Positions 47,190 through 58,100 of a stretch of 64,000 bases of DNA are shown in pieces. The translations under genes and the position numbers were made by a program. The DNA lies in IMG/VR virus record IMGVR_UViG_3300017605_000626, positions 1 to 64,000 of that record; one strand, written 5' to 3'. Under the pieces are notes generated by a model. That model was not told the origin of the DNA, did not search any database, and saw only the letters and a list, made by a program, of their open reading frames with translations. Positions within the stretch are counted from its first letter, which is position 1. Each line of letters starts with the position of its first letter. This DNA comes from a virus (lineage: Duplodnaviria > Heunggongvirae > Uroviricota > Caudoviricetes).

Positions 47190-47462
47190 ATGAACCTAAC
47201 ATTTAGAGAATGGATAGAACCTATATTAACCAATAGAGAGATTAATGTTGCTGAATTCTGTAGAGGAGTATCAATATCTAGAGAATCTTTCTACAGATAC
47301 TACAATGGCAAGATGATGCCCTCCCCCTTTACTTGGATGGAGATACTAGACTATCTCCAACTCGAATCCACAGAGCTACCACCACAGGTTAAACTCTTTA
47401 AAAAAGAAAGAGGTAGACCTAAAAGAAAATATATTATAGAGAATAATCATAAAATAGAGTAA
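47190..47462 (+). CDS. putative DNA-binding regulator with AT-hook (90 aa)
   Basis: First plus-strand gene. KKERGRPKRK at the C-terminus. Confidence 0.45.
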   Translation: MNLTFREWIEPILTNREINVAEFCRGVSISRESFYRYYNGKMMPSPFTWMEILDYLQLESTELPPQVKLFKKERGRPKRKYIIENNHKIE

Positions 47463-47573
47463 AAGTTGACCAAACTAGGCAAATTTCGATAAAAATGGTA
47501 CGGCCGTGTGGTATAATGATAGTAGGTCAAAGAATACTTACCCTGCGCAGAAAGGTATGGTTCAATATAAAGT

Positions 47574-48071
47574 ATGACATTTATATACTTAAATGGTAGT
47601 GATAGAAAAGAATTTATAAAAAACTATCATGCTGAATGGTTAAAAAGAAATTTAAAGCGTGTTAATAGTAATAGTTCAGAACCTAAAGAAATATTAAAAT
47701 TTTATAAAAAAAATTATTCAAAAGTTAAATTTTACGGTGGTATTACTCGTAAATTAGCAACCAATCTAAGTAAAAATTTAAGAAAGTTTTTAAACAAACA
47801 TCAAGAAAGAGATTTGGCTATATCCAATTTAGGATGTTCCATGAATTTTTTAAGGGGATATATTGAAATCCAATTTAAATCCGGAATGACTTGGGAAAAC
47901 TATGGTAACGGTAGAAATAATTGGAACATAGACCATATAATTCCCTTGTCTAAATTTGATTTAACAGACAAAGAACAACTTGTTAAAGCTTGTAATTTTT
48001 CTAATTTGCAGCCATTATGGGCTATTGAAAATACAAGTAAAGGCAACAAAGTACTTTCACAGACAGCTTAA
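47574..48071 (+). CDS. HNH endonuclease (terminase-associated)
   Basis: NIDHIIPLSKF...NLQPLWAIENTSKGNK. Positioned immediately upstream of TerS/TerL. Confidence 0.65.
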   Translation: MTFIYLNGSDRKEFIKNYHAEWLKRNLKRVNSNSSEPKEILKFYKKNYSKVKFYGGITRKLATNLSKNLRKFLNKHQERDLAISNLGCSMNFLRGYIEIQFKSGMTWENYGNGRNNWNIDHIIPLSKFDLTDKEQLVKACNFSNLQPLWAIENTSKGNKVLSQTA

Positions 48072-48086
48072 CATTTATAGTATAAC

Positions 48087-48743
48087 ATGCCTATTCTAGA
48101 ACCGCAACTACTTTGGCAGGAAGCTCAGGAGAAAGATAGAAAGCTAACTCCTAGTGAGCGCAGACGTGTGGTTATGTGGCTACAACACTCACACCCAGAG
48201 TTATTTAATACAGATATAGCCAGAGTGCTTGGGGTTAGTGATAAGCTTATCAGAAATGATAAAGAGCTTATCCGCAAGAAAGCCGCAGAAGAAATTAAGA
48301 ATGATAGCATAGAATTGATTATATCAGATATCATTCAGGTTTACAATAAGCAAGCTCAAGATTTAGAAAGAAGTAAACGTAAGGCGGTTTTGGGCAAGGG
48401 TGAGTACAGAATGCATTCTCTGGCAGTTGCACAGATTGAGAACATGAAGCTCAAAGCTTTACAGGATGTGGGCTGGATTCCAAAGAATCTTGGAACAGGC
48501 TTCACAGAAAGTTACAGTTATGTGGTAGATGTGGGTGAGAATGGAATGATTAAAACCCAGAAGGTTGAGCAGAAGATGGAAAAGAAAAGTAAAATTCCAA
48601 ATAAATATCTTCCTCAACTTGATTCTGTCACTAAGATAATTAGTTCTGAGCCTACAAAAGAAAATACATCAAAAGATAAAAATGAAGAAAAATTTATTTT
48701 CCAAGCAGTAATAGGTGATGATGGAGCAAAGCAAACTAGTTAA
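48087..48743 (+). CDS. putative terminase small subunit
   Basis: N-terminal HTH-like segment (DIARVLGVSDKLIRN). Position directly before TerL with overlap. Confidence 0.45.
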   Translation: MPILEPQLLWQEAQEKDRKLTPSERRRVVMWLQHSHPELFNTDIARVLGVSDKLIRNDKELIRKKAAEEIKNDSIELIISDIIQVYNKQAQDLERSKRKAVLGKGEYRMHSLAVAQIENMKLKALQDVGWIPKNLGTGFTESYSYVVDVGENGMIKTQKVEQKMEKKSKIPNKYLPQLDSVTKIISSEPTKENTSKDKNEEKFIFQAVIGDDGAKQTS

Positions 48744-50007
48744 ATTACAACTTCCAGAAATGCATCCAAAGCAGGCAGAACTTTTAATGAAGTTCTATAC
48801 TGATCCTAAAGTTAATTTTATAGTGGGGGCTACAGGAACTAAAGTTGGCAAAACTTATGGTGCTGCTATAGTAGCCACTAAATTTGCGCTGGAAAATGAA
48901 GATTCAATAGTTTGGTGGATTGCTCCTGCGTATGCTCAGGCGGAGATTGGATTAGATTATATTATTAGATTCTTGCCTAAAGAATGGAGAACTTACAATG
49001 GAACTGATCATGTTCTTAATGTTCTTAAGCCAAATGGCGAATATCACAGCAGAATTGAATTTAAAACCGCAGAAGATCCTGATAAATTAAGAGGATTTAG
49101 AGTAAATTTAATTATTGCTGATGAAATGGGTCGTATAAGAGACGCATCATATGAGTCTTTTATGACTACCAGAACACAAACAAGAGCCAAAATTATATTT
49201 TTAAGTACTCCATTTGGTCATAATAAGTTTTGGGAGTTATACAAAAAGGGAGATAAATCGAGAATAGCTGAAGGTGAGGAAGATCCTTTCCCAGAATATT
49301 TTAGTTTAAACTTACCAACTAGCTGTAATCCTTGGATATTACCAGAAGTAATTGAAGAACAGAGAAGATCATTAGATTCTGAAACTTTTAGACAAGAGTA
49401 TCTTGCCGAGTTTCTTACAGATTCTTCATCTGTGTTTGGTGATTTTAGAAGTTGTGAAAAAGGATCATTAGAGCCGCCAAAAGCCGGCACTAAATATGTA
49501 ATGGGGCTGGACTTAGCTCAGAGTCATGACTTCACTGTTATTACAGTGATGGATATAGAAAGAAGACATGTTGTATATTTTGAAAGATTTAATCAAGTTA
49601 ATTGGGAATATCAGTATCAAAGAATAATAGATGTCTTTTTGAAATATAACAAAGCAACATGTGTAATGGACGCTACAAGCCAAGGTAGCCCTATAGCAGA
49701 AACACTTATGAGAATGGGTGTTAATGTTATTCCATATAAAACTTATACTAATATTGCCAAGAGAGAATTAATTGAAGCTTTAAAAATATCTATAGATAAT
49801 AAAGCCATTTCATTTCCAAAGATTCCAGAGCTTAGAAGAGAATTAGAAGATTATGAAATGGAAAAGAAAGATTCTGGAGTTATCACTTATCATGCCCCAA
49901 GAGGAAGAAATTCTTGGGATGATTGTGTTATTAGTTTAGCTCTTGCTAACTTTCTTTTGATGGGTGATTCAGAAGGTTACAAATACTACAACATACGGGG
50001 AATTTAA
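48715..50007 (+). CDS. terminase large subunit
   Basis: Walker A GATGTKVGKT, Walker B LIIADEMG, C-terminal nuclease-like acidic residues. Confidence 0.7.
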   Translation: MMMEQSKLVKLQLPEMHPKQAELLMKFYTDPKVNFIVGATGTKVGKTYGAAIVATKFALENEDSIVWWIAPAYAQAEIGLDYIIRFLPKEWRTYNGTDHVLNVLKPNGEYHSRIEFKTAEDPDKLRGFRVNLIIADEMGRIRDASYESFMTTRTQTRAKIIFLSTPFGHNKFWELYKKGDKSRIAEGEEDPFPEYFSLNLPTSCNPWILPEVIEEQRRSLDSETFRQEYLAEFLTDSSSVFGDFRSCEKGSLEPPKAGTKYVMGLDLAQSHDFTVITVMDIERRHVVYFERFNQVNWEYQYQRIIDVFLKYNKATCVMDATSQGSPIAETLMRMGVNVIPYKTYTNIAKRELIEALKISIDNKAISFPKIPELRRELEDYEMEKKDSGVITYHAPRGRNSWDDCVISLALANFLLMGDSEGYKYYNIRGI

Positions 50008-51064
50008 CTTGAAATATATACTGCCAGAAAATCATATAGAGCAGATCAAAGCAATAGATCAATACCGTAATCATCCTGCACGTAGGCAACATCACGTAAC
50101 ACCTATTGCAGCGCCTTTATATGTTGTTACAGCTATATTCAATCCCCCACGATACTACACACGTTATAAGCTGTATCAGCAATTTGAACAGATGGTGGAG
50201 AACGCTGGTGGTATTCTTTATACTATTGAATTAGCATTAAGAGACAGAGCTTTTGAAGTGACAGTACCAGATAATCCACACCACATTCAGTTAAGAACAA
50301 CTTCAGAAATATGGAGTAAAGAACTTTTACTTAATCTTGCTATACAAAGATTACCAGCAGATTGGGAATATGTTGCTACTATTGATGCAGATGTAGAGTT
50401 TGCAAGACCGGATTGGGTTAATGAAACATTACATCAATTACAGGTTTATAAGATTGTTCAGATGTTTAGTCATGCTACAGATTTAAATTTTGAATTTGAG
50501 CCTATAAATACTCAAACAGGATTTGTTTATGATTATTTAAAAGGCCATCCACATCCACATAGAATTAATGCGACTAGAGATAAGAAAGGACATTGGAATT
50601 ACCCTTACCTTCCTGGACATGCTTTTCATAGTGGTTATGCTTGGGCTTATAGGCGTTCTTCTTTGGCTGATCTTGGAGGCTTGGGTGATATTGCAATTCT
50701 TGGTTCTGGAGATCACCACATGGCATGTGCTTATCTTGGAATGGTAAAAGATAGTATTCATGGTGGAATGCATCAGTCATTCAAGGATTATTGGCAAGAA
50801 TGGCAGGCAAGATCAGAACGACACATTAAAAGAAATATAGGGTATGTTTCTGGCTCTATAGATCATTATTTTCATGGTCCAAAAAGAAATAGAAATTACA
50901 ACAACAGATGGAAAATTTTAGTAGATGAACAATTTAATTACCACTTAGATCTTAAGAAAGATGTACAAGGTATGTACATGTTGACTGATAGAAATATTAA
51001 ACTGCGGGATAAAGTTAGAGAGTATTTCAGAAGTCGTCAAGAAGATGATATTCGTAGTGATTAA
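49964..51064 (+). CDS. hypothetical protein, possibly GT-A-fold glycosyltransferase-like (366 aa)
   Basis: YVATIDADVEF DxD-like motif. Where a portal would be expected, but too short and not portal-like. The start overlaps TerL by 44 nt and may be the downstream TTG. Confidence 0.3.
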   Translation: MIQKVTNTTTYGEFNLKYILPENHIEQIKAIDQYRNHPARRQHHVTPIAAPLYVVTAIFNPPRYYTRYKLYQQFEQMVENAGGILYTIELALRDRAFEVTVPDNPHHIQLRTTSEIWSKELLLNLAIQRLPADWEYVATIDADVEFARPDWVNETLHQLQVYKIVQMFSHATDLNFEFEPINTQTGFVYDYLKGHPHPHRINATRDKKGHWNYPYLPGHAFHSGYAWAYRRSSLADLGGLGDIAILGSGDHHMACAYLGMVKDSIHGGMHQSFKDYWQEWQARSERHIKRNIGYVSGSIDHYFHGPKRNRNYNNRWKILVDEQFNYHLDLKKDVQGMYMLTDRNIKLRDKVREYFRSRQEDDIRSD

Positions 51065-51400
51065 ATGGGAGGATTCGTGGCTAAATTAGAAATTACAAAT
51101 TTAAAAAATGGTGATTCAGTAACTTATCTTACTTTAGTTTCTGGCGTTATTAAAGGAAGAGGTAAGAAGAAAGTTGTGCAAGTTTATGTTCAGGCAGATG
51201 ATAGTAAATGGTATTTACAAAGAAAATCATTTGTTTTTGGTAAGAAATTTTATACTCCTTGTGTTTTTGGTCCATTACTTTCTAGTAATAATTCTGGATA
51301 TAATGTTGTAGCGGTTTTATCAAGTGATAGACCACATTCACCAGTTGATGCTTTACCTGCTGATGTAGTTAAATCAGAAGAAGTAAAGGTTTATAGATAA
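51065..51400 (+). CDS. hypothetical protein (111 aa)
   Basis: GGGAGGA SD. An alternative GTG start. Confidence 0.45.
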   Translation: MGGFVAKLEITNLKNGDSVTYLTLVSGVIKGRGKKKVVQVYVQADDSKWYLQRKSFVFGKKFYTPCVFGPLLSSNNSGYNVVAVLSSDRPHSPVDALPADVVKSEEVKVYR

Positions 51401-51417
51401 CTAGGAGAAAATAAATT

Positions 51418-51609
51418 ATGCCTTTAATTAATTTGATTTTGATATTAGGTACTGTAGGATTTTTACTTTGGTTGGTAAATAAATATATACCTATGCAGCC
51501 TACTATTAAGACTATTTTAAATGGAGCTGTTGTAGTTGGAGTTATATTATGGTTACTTAGTGTATTTGGTTTGCTTGCACCACTTAATACTATTCATATA
51601 GGTCATTAG
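51418..51609 (+). CDS. holin-like two-TM small membrane protein
   Basis: AGGAG SD. Two hydrophobic helices in 63 aa. Confidence 0.4.
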   Translation: MPLINLILILGTVGFLLWLVNKYIPMQPTIKTILNGAVVVGVILWLLSVFGLLAPLNTIHIGH

Positions 51610-51615
51610 TTTGTT

Positions 51616-51957
51616 ATGAATTCTTTATTTAAGGTTTTTGCTACTACAGTTCCCGTAGATTTAACAATTATTATAGTAGCTTTTTTTGGTATTATTACTA
51701 CATTTATAACTGTGTATTTTACTTATCTTGGTATTAAGTTGCAAAAATCTGTTAATGACACTAATGATAAAGTAGACCAATATCATGGGTCTGTTAATTC
51801 TAAGATGGACGAGCTTTTAAGATTAACAAAAGTATCGGCTATGGCAGAAGGACATTTAGCTGGAGTAGAAGCTGAAAAAACTAGGCAGATGATGATAGCA
51901 GCAGCAGCAGCAGCAGATCACCCAGAAGATGTGCCTTCTTCCATAGCAAAAGAATAA
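51616..51957 (+). CDS. membrane protein (113 aa)
   Basis: N-terminal TM pair, AAAAAA stretch. Confidence 0.4.
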   Translation: MNSLFKVFATTVPVDLTIIIVAFFGIITTFITVYFTYLGIKLQKSVNDTNDKVDQYHGSVNSKMDELLRLTKVSAMAEGHLAGVEAEKTRQMMIAAAAAADHPEDVPSSIAKE

Positions 51958-52292
51958 ATGGGGGTGTAGGACCATTCCTTTTCACAGCGCCAAACAGAGA
52001 AAATATGGGAAGACCTTTAGGAAGTATAAATAAAAAGCATATTGCTAAGATATCTTTGGTTTGTATAGTTTGTGATAAGGAATTTAAAAGATTTCCTAGT
52101 GAAGTTATTAAACCCAATCAAGGAAGATTTTGTTCTCGACGTGTAGGAATAGGGAAACATGCCATTTAAATCAGATCGTCAAAGAAGATATTTATATGCT
52201 AAACATCCCAGACTTGCAAAACGTTGGGCTAAAAAATATGGGTCTAAAATTCGCAAAAAGAAAAAAAGAATAAAGAGACGATAACTATTATT

Positions 52293-52535
52293 ATGCCTCT
52301 AGCACCGGTACTTAACCAAGCCTCACATAGATGGTACACATTTGAAGCTTTAAAAACAATGTGTATCAATGCTATATCTTTGTTTTTTGGTGTAGTAACA
52401 AATTCTTTATTAATATTTAAAAACGTAGAAACAGAAACTATATCTGTTACTAACAATATGATTATAGATAGCACTGATTTAACAAACTCTTCCACAACTG
52501 ATGGACTACAAAATATTGTTTGTGAGGATGATTAA
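52293..52535 (+). CDS. hypothetical protein (80 aa)
   Basis: Track ORF. ATGA-coupled to the next gene. Confidence 0.35.
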   Translation: MPLAPVLNQASHRWYTFEALKTMCINAISLFFGVVTNSLLIFKNVETETISVTNNMIIDSTDLTNSSTTDGLQNIVCEDD

Positions 52536-52885
52536 TGGCAATTCCGACAGAGCTTACATTTTATCAAGCAAATGATCAAGTTTTACGTATTACAGAATTA
52601 CACAACGGACTTGATGCAGATGATTTTTTTATTTCTGCTGCTGTAACTGCAACATTAAGAGATAGGTCTGGAACTGCTGTTCCTGAAGTTGATGGGCTTG
52701 TATTAGATTATGTTCCAGATCCAGGTGGTGATCCAGACTGGTTGGAAGGAACATATCAAGGAGAAATTCAGGATACTTTCGCTGCCCCTACTGGTGGTGG
52801 GTATGAGTGTCAGATTACTGCTATTCAAGGTTCTACAGTAGGTAATTGGTTCATCAAATCTAAGGTTGCTGTTCGGAGATCATAA
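52535..52885 (+). CDS. hypothetical structural-module protein (116 aa)
   Basis: SD GAGGATGA. Confidence 0.45.
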   Translation: MAIPTELTFYQANDQVLRITELHNGLDADDFFISAAVTATLRDRSGTAVPEVDGLVLDYVPDPGGDPDWLEGTYQGEIQDTFAAPTGGGYECQITAIQGSTVGNWFIKSKVAVRRS

Positions 52886-53518
52886 ATGTCTGATTCATAC
52901 TTACCCTACCAGAATCCAACAATTGTTGATAAAAAATTAGACAGTGAGTCTATAACAGTTGGCGCTAATACAGTTGAAAGAGAACGTATTCAAATGTCTG
53001 GGCGCGGGGCAACAGATATTGCGCCTATTACTGTAGATGATGGTCTTCTTGTTAACTTTTCTAAAAATGCTATTGATACTTATGAAATGTGTTTTTCTGT
53101 TGTGGCGGCAGGATCTGGTGATGCGTTAGAAATTGTTGGTAGTGCAAGTAGAATTGGAAGAATATTAGAAATATATGTTTCTGAGCCGACTGTAGCACGT
53201 ACTTTTCAGTTTTTGAAAAGAAGTAGTGCTGCTTTAGGTGGAACTTTTGTAACTCCAACATCAACACCTTTAGATAGTGCTAATGCTGCTGCAACTGTTG
53301 TTATTAAAAATTACACTGCTGTTCCTACTTCTGGATCTTTAGTTGGTAGTCCTATTTTTAAGAAAATTCTAGCAACTTCACAGCATATAGACAAAACATG
53401 GGTAGATGGTGGAGGACAATCTCCTACATTAAGAGATATAACTGAAACAATTTGTATAAATGTTGATGGTGCAACTAATTTTGATGTTTATTTAAGATGG
53501 ACTGAAGCTAGTTCTTAA
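52886..53518 (+). CDS. hypothetical structural protein (210 aa)
   Basis: Coupled to the tailspike gene. Confidence 0.45.
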   Translation: MSDSYLPYQNPTIVDKKLDSESITVGANTVERERIQMSGRGATDIAPITVDDGLLVNFSKNAIDTYEMCFSVVAAGSGDALEIVGSASRIGRILEIYVSEPTVARTFQFLKRSSAALGGTFVTPTSTPLDSANAAATVVIKNYTAVPTSGSLVGSPIFKKILATSQHIDKTWVDGGGQSPTLRDITETICINVDGATNFDVYLRWTEASS

Positions 53519-53522
53519 TTAT

Positions 53523-55073
53523 ATGACTAAACCTGTGAAACCACCTAAACCTCCCAAGCCACCTAAACCGCCAATAGACCCAATCCCTCCAGTATCACTA
53601 GATCCTGTATTACCACAGGTATTTGTGGATACTGTTTATGCTCCACCTACAGGAAGTATTATTCATGTAGCCGCTGGTGGTAATTTACAAGCTGCTTTAA
53701 ATAATGCTCAACCAGGTTCTCGAATTACGTTGGAGAAAGGGACCACATTCTATGGTAACTTTGTTTTGCCAGCAAAGGCTGGATCTAGCTATATCTATGT
53801 AGAAACTGAAGGTTTTTCTATTCCTATAGGACAGCGTGTAGTTTCTCCTGAAGGCATGGCATCATTGTCTTCATCAAATTTCTCTCCTGTACTTCAAACT
53901 TCTTTTGGAGCGCATCACTTTAGATTCGTTGGAATTGAAATTAAAGCTCCTGGTATTTCAATTGACACTTTGATTCAATTGGGAGATGGAAGTGAAGCAC
54001 TCATTAATCAGCCACACCATATCATTTTTGATCGTTGTCATATACATGGAGATATTTCTCTTGGTGGTAAGCGCGGCGTATCTTTTCAGGGTAGTTATCT
54101 TGCGGTGATTGATTCACGACTTACTAATTGGAAACGTGTTGGTCAAGATACTCAGGCGATTGCGGGATGGAATGGTGCAGGGCCGTTTAAGATAGTTAAT
54201 AATTTTATTGAAGGTGCGGGTGAAAATGTAATGTTCGGTGGTGCGGATACTGTGGTCGCAAATCTAACTCCGAGTGATATAGAAATTAGTAAGAATCACT
54301 TCTTTAAACCATTGTCATGGAAAGTTGACGACCCGAGTTATGGTGGAGTTTTATGGACAATTAAGAATCTGTTAGAACTTAAGCACGCACAGCGAGTATT
54401 AATTTCAAATAATTTGTTAGAGAATAATTGGGGTGGGCAGGGTCAGGTAGGATTTGCAGTTGTGTTTACTGGACGTAATCAAAATGGAGCTAATCCTTGG
54501 GCGTGTGTTAATGATGTTACATTTGAATTCAATGAGCTTCGTAATTCTTCTAATGTCTTTAATCTGTTAGGACAGGATTTTGAATCCGGTGTTCCTAGTG
54601 CTATTTCTAAACGACTTAAGATTGCTAATAATATTATGACTGGAATTGGTCCAGCACCTGGAAGTGGTGTCGGCATAGCTTTCCAAGTTATGTCTGGTTA
54701 TGAGGATGTTAATGTTGATCATAATACTATGCTTCATAGTGGTGATACTATGATGCTGGATGGATTGCCTTCGCCTCGATTACGCTTTACCAATAATATA
54801 GTTCAACATAATAAATACGGAATTAAAGGTAGCGGCTTTAATTCTGGAAATCCTTCTATTGCTGCATTTTTGCCAAATTCTGTTATTACTAAGAATGTGC
54901 TTGCTACTCCAGTTGAGCAGGGTTGGGATCCATACTATCCGCCTGAAAATTATTTTCCTACAACTCTTGAAGAAGTTGGTTTTGTTGATTTGATAGGCGG
55001 GGATTTACGGTTAACTCCAGCTAGTCCTTATCATAATTTAGCTACAGACGGCACTGATATTGGGGCAATATAA
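53523..55073 (+). CDS. right-handed beta-helix (pectate-lyase-like) tailspike/depolymerase with N-terminal (KPP)n
   Basis: PKPPKPPKPPKPP. Repeated N-x-x-x-N/G beta-helix rungs (NNFIEGAGENV, SNNLLENNWGG, TNNIVQHN). Confidence 0.6.
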   Translation: MTKPVKPPKPPKPPKPPIDPIPPVSLDPVLPQVFVDTVYAPPTGSIIHVAAGGNLQAALNNAQPGSRITLEKGTTFYGNFVLPAKAGSSYIYVETEGFSIPIGQRVVSPEGMASLSSSNFSPVLQTSFGAHHFRFVGIEIKAPGISIDTLIQLGDGSEALINQPHHIIFDRCHIHGDISLGGKRGVSFQGSYLAVIDSRLTNWKRVGQDTQAIAGWNGAGPFKIVNNFIEGAGENVMFGGADTVVANLTPSDIEISKNHFFKPLSWKVDDPSYGGVLWTIKNLLELKHAQRVLISNNLLENNWGGQGQVGFAVVFTGRNQNGANPWACVNDVTFEFNELRNSSNVFNLLGQDFESGVPSAISKRLKIANNIMTGIGPAPGSGVGIAFQVMSGYEDVNVDHNTMLHSGDTMMLDGLPSPRLRFTNNIVQHNKYGIKGSGFNSGNPSIAAFLPNSVITKNVLATPVEQGWDPYYPPENYFPTTLEEVGFVDLIGGDLRLTPASPYHNLATDGTDIGAI

Positions 55074-55108
55074 GCCCTAAAAAATTTTAAGAAAGGAGAT
55101 AACACTTA

Positions 55109-58100
55109 ATGGTTAGAGGAACTATTGATATTCCACAACCTACTTCAGCAACATCTAATACGTTGTCGGTTGAAACCGCATCTAGAATATCTGCGGATAT
55201 TACTTTGTCTAATGCCATTAGTGTACTGTCTTCTTTAGTTAGTGCTAATTATTCTGCTTATCTTTCTCTTGTTGATAGAGTTTCTGCTAATAGTGCAGGC
55301 TCTGGAAGTGTAACTTCAACTGAACTTTCTGCTGTTAGTGCGGCTGCCAATACTCACATAAATACAGTTTCTTCTCAAGTAGAAACAAATTCAGCACAAA
55401 TGACTAGTGCTGATTTAGCATTGAGCAACGCAGTTAGTGCATTAAGTGCTCAATTGAGTATACAAGTTTCTGCTTTGTCACAAGTTCACAGTGTTCTTAG
55501 TGCTAATGTGGCCAGTATAAGCACAAATGTTTCTGCAATTAGTACTAGGTTATCAGCCTTATCTTCTCAAGTTTCTAGTAATTCAGCGCAAATGACTTCG
55601 GCTGATGATGCTATTTCAAATGCTTTATCAGTTGAAACAGCTAATCGAGTTTCTGCTGTTAATAGGGTGTCTCAAGCTTTATCGGCATTAGTTCTTGATT
55701 CTATAAAAGATGTTTCAGCTCCTTCCCCCTCAGATCAACAAGTTTTGGCGTGGGATTCAGCCGCTGCTAATTGGCATCCAATGTCAGTGGTAGCAGGGTC
55801 TGGTTCTGTTACTTCTAATGAATTATCAGCAGTTAGTGTAGCTGCACAATCAGCTATAGATACAGTTTCTGTTGCTCTTGCTACCCTTAGTTTAAATGTT
55901 TCTGCTATAAGCTCAAGACTGTCGGCTTTATCGGCTCAGGTTTCGTCTAATTCTGCACAGATGACCAGCGCCGACAATGCAATTTCTAATGCTGTGTCTG
56001 TCGAAACAGCAGCTCGTATTACAGCAGACAATCTGTTATCGAATGCAGTTTCAGCCTTGTCCGTTCAGCTTAGTTTACAGGTTTCAGCACTAAGCCAAGT
56101 GCATTCTGCTTTATCGGCCAATGTTGCTAGTCTCAGTTTAGACGTTTCCGCCATTAGCACACGGCTTTCAGCATTGTCAGCACAAGTCAGCACGAATAGT
56201 GCTCAAATGACCTCTGCCGATAATGCGATATCTAATGCGGTATCAGTACTTTCTGTGCAATTATCCCTTCAAGTTTCTGCATTATCTCAGGTACACAGTG
56301 CTTTATCTGCAAACGTTGCTACTCTATCATTGAATCAGTCGGCGATGAGTACGGCAATTTCAGCTTTGTCTGTTCAGTTGAGTTTGCAAGTTTCGGCTTT
56401 GAGTCAAGTAGTTTCAGCTTTATCTGCAAATGTAGCAGGAATTTCTACTAACGTTTCTGCAATTAGTACAAGATTGTCAGCACTGTCATCACAGGTCAGT
56501 TCTAATTCAGCTCAAATGACCTCTGCCGACAATGCTATTAGTAATGCAGTATCTGTACTTTCTACTCAGTTGTCTTTGCAAGTATCGGCACTTTCTCAAG
56601 TTCACAGCGCCTTGAGTGCAAACGTTGCTACAATTTCTTTGAATGCTTCGGCAATGAGTACAGCAATTTCTGTTTTAAGTAATCAAACTTCAGTTCTTAG
56701 ATTTGCTGGAAAACTCGTTACGCTTCAGAATGTAGATGGATCAGCAGTTTCTGCCGGTGCTCCAGTTTACGCATTTACTTCAGCTAATACATTTAAACGT
56801 GCTGATGCAGATGCTGCATCGCCTGCACCAAATGTATTAGGATTAGTTTACGACGCTAATATTGCAGTATCAGCACTTGGTAATGTTCAAGTAAATGGTG
56901 TTGTAACTTTGACTACGGCGCAGTGGGATAGTATTACAGGTGGTGCTAGTGGATTAACAATAGGCTCTACATACTATGCCGGAACAACGGTAGGAACACT
57001 TACTACTACTGCTGGCCAAGGTAGTGGTCGTCCTGTTGGTATTGCTTTGTCTACAACAGAAATGTTGTTGGTTATTGGTCAAATTGATGACTGGACTTCT
57101 GTTGTATCTTCTATTAGTTCACGTCTTTCTGCATTGTCGTCTCAAGTTTCTAGTAATTCAGCGCAAATGACTTCTGCTGATAATGCCATTAGCAATGCAG
57201 TGAGTGTATTAAGTACACAATTGAGTTTGCAAGTTTCGGCTTTGAGTCAAGTGCATTCGGCTCTATCAGCTAATGTGGCAACTTTGTCGTTAAATCAGTC
57301 GGCGATGAGTACGGCAATTTCAGCTTTATCAGTACAATTGTCATTACAGGTTTCTGCTTTAAGTCAGGTTCATTCTGCATTGTCTGCTAATGTGGCGACA
57401 ATAAGTTTGAATGTCTCTGCTCTTTCTACTTTAGTTTCCGCACTTTCTGTGCAACTGTCTTTGCAGGTCTCGGCACTTTCTCAAGTTCATAGTGCTTTGT
57501 CGGCAAATGTAGCTACAATTTCATTAAACGTTTCGGCAATATCTACTGCTGTTTCAAATGCTAATTCTGCTATAGTAGCCAACTCCGCACAGATGACCTC
57601 TGCCGACAATGCTATTAGTAATGCAGTATCAGTTGAAACGGCTAATAGAATTTCAGCGGTAAATAGAGTGTCTAATGCTTTATCGGCATTAGTCCTAGAT
57701 TCTATTGCAAACGTTTCTGCACCATCTCCGGGGGATCAACAAGTTTTGGCGTGGGATTCGGCTGCGGGTAATTGGCATCCTATGTCAGTCGCTGCTGGAT
57801 CTGGGTCTGTTACATCAAATGAATTGTCTACTGTTGCATCAGCCGTATCTGCTAACTCGGCTCAAATGACTTCGGCGGACAATGCGATTAGTAACGCAGT
57901 TAGTGTTCTGAGCGTTCAGTTGAGTCTGCAAGTTTCGGCTTTAAGCCAAGTTCATTCAGCATTGTCGGCCAACGTAGCGGCCATAAGTTTGAATGTTTCT
58001 GCTCTGTCTACCTTAGTCTCAGCGTTGTCTGTACAACTTAGTTTACAAGTTTCAGCATTATCTCAAGTTCATAGTGCTCTTAGCGCCAATGTTGCGGGAA

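Noticed and set aside
47017-47202. Minus-strand 61-aa ORF in the late leader
   Set aside because: It lies in an AT-rich repeat region downstream of the rightward promoter. It has a Tyr/Leu/Ile-rich low-complexity translation and no RBS.
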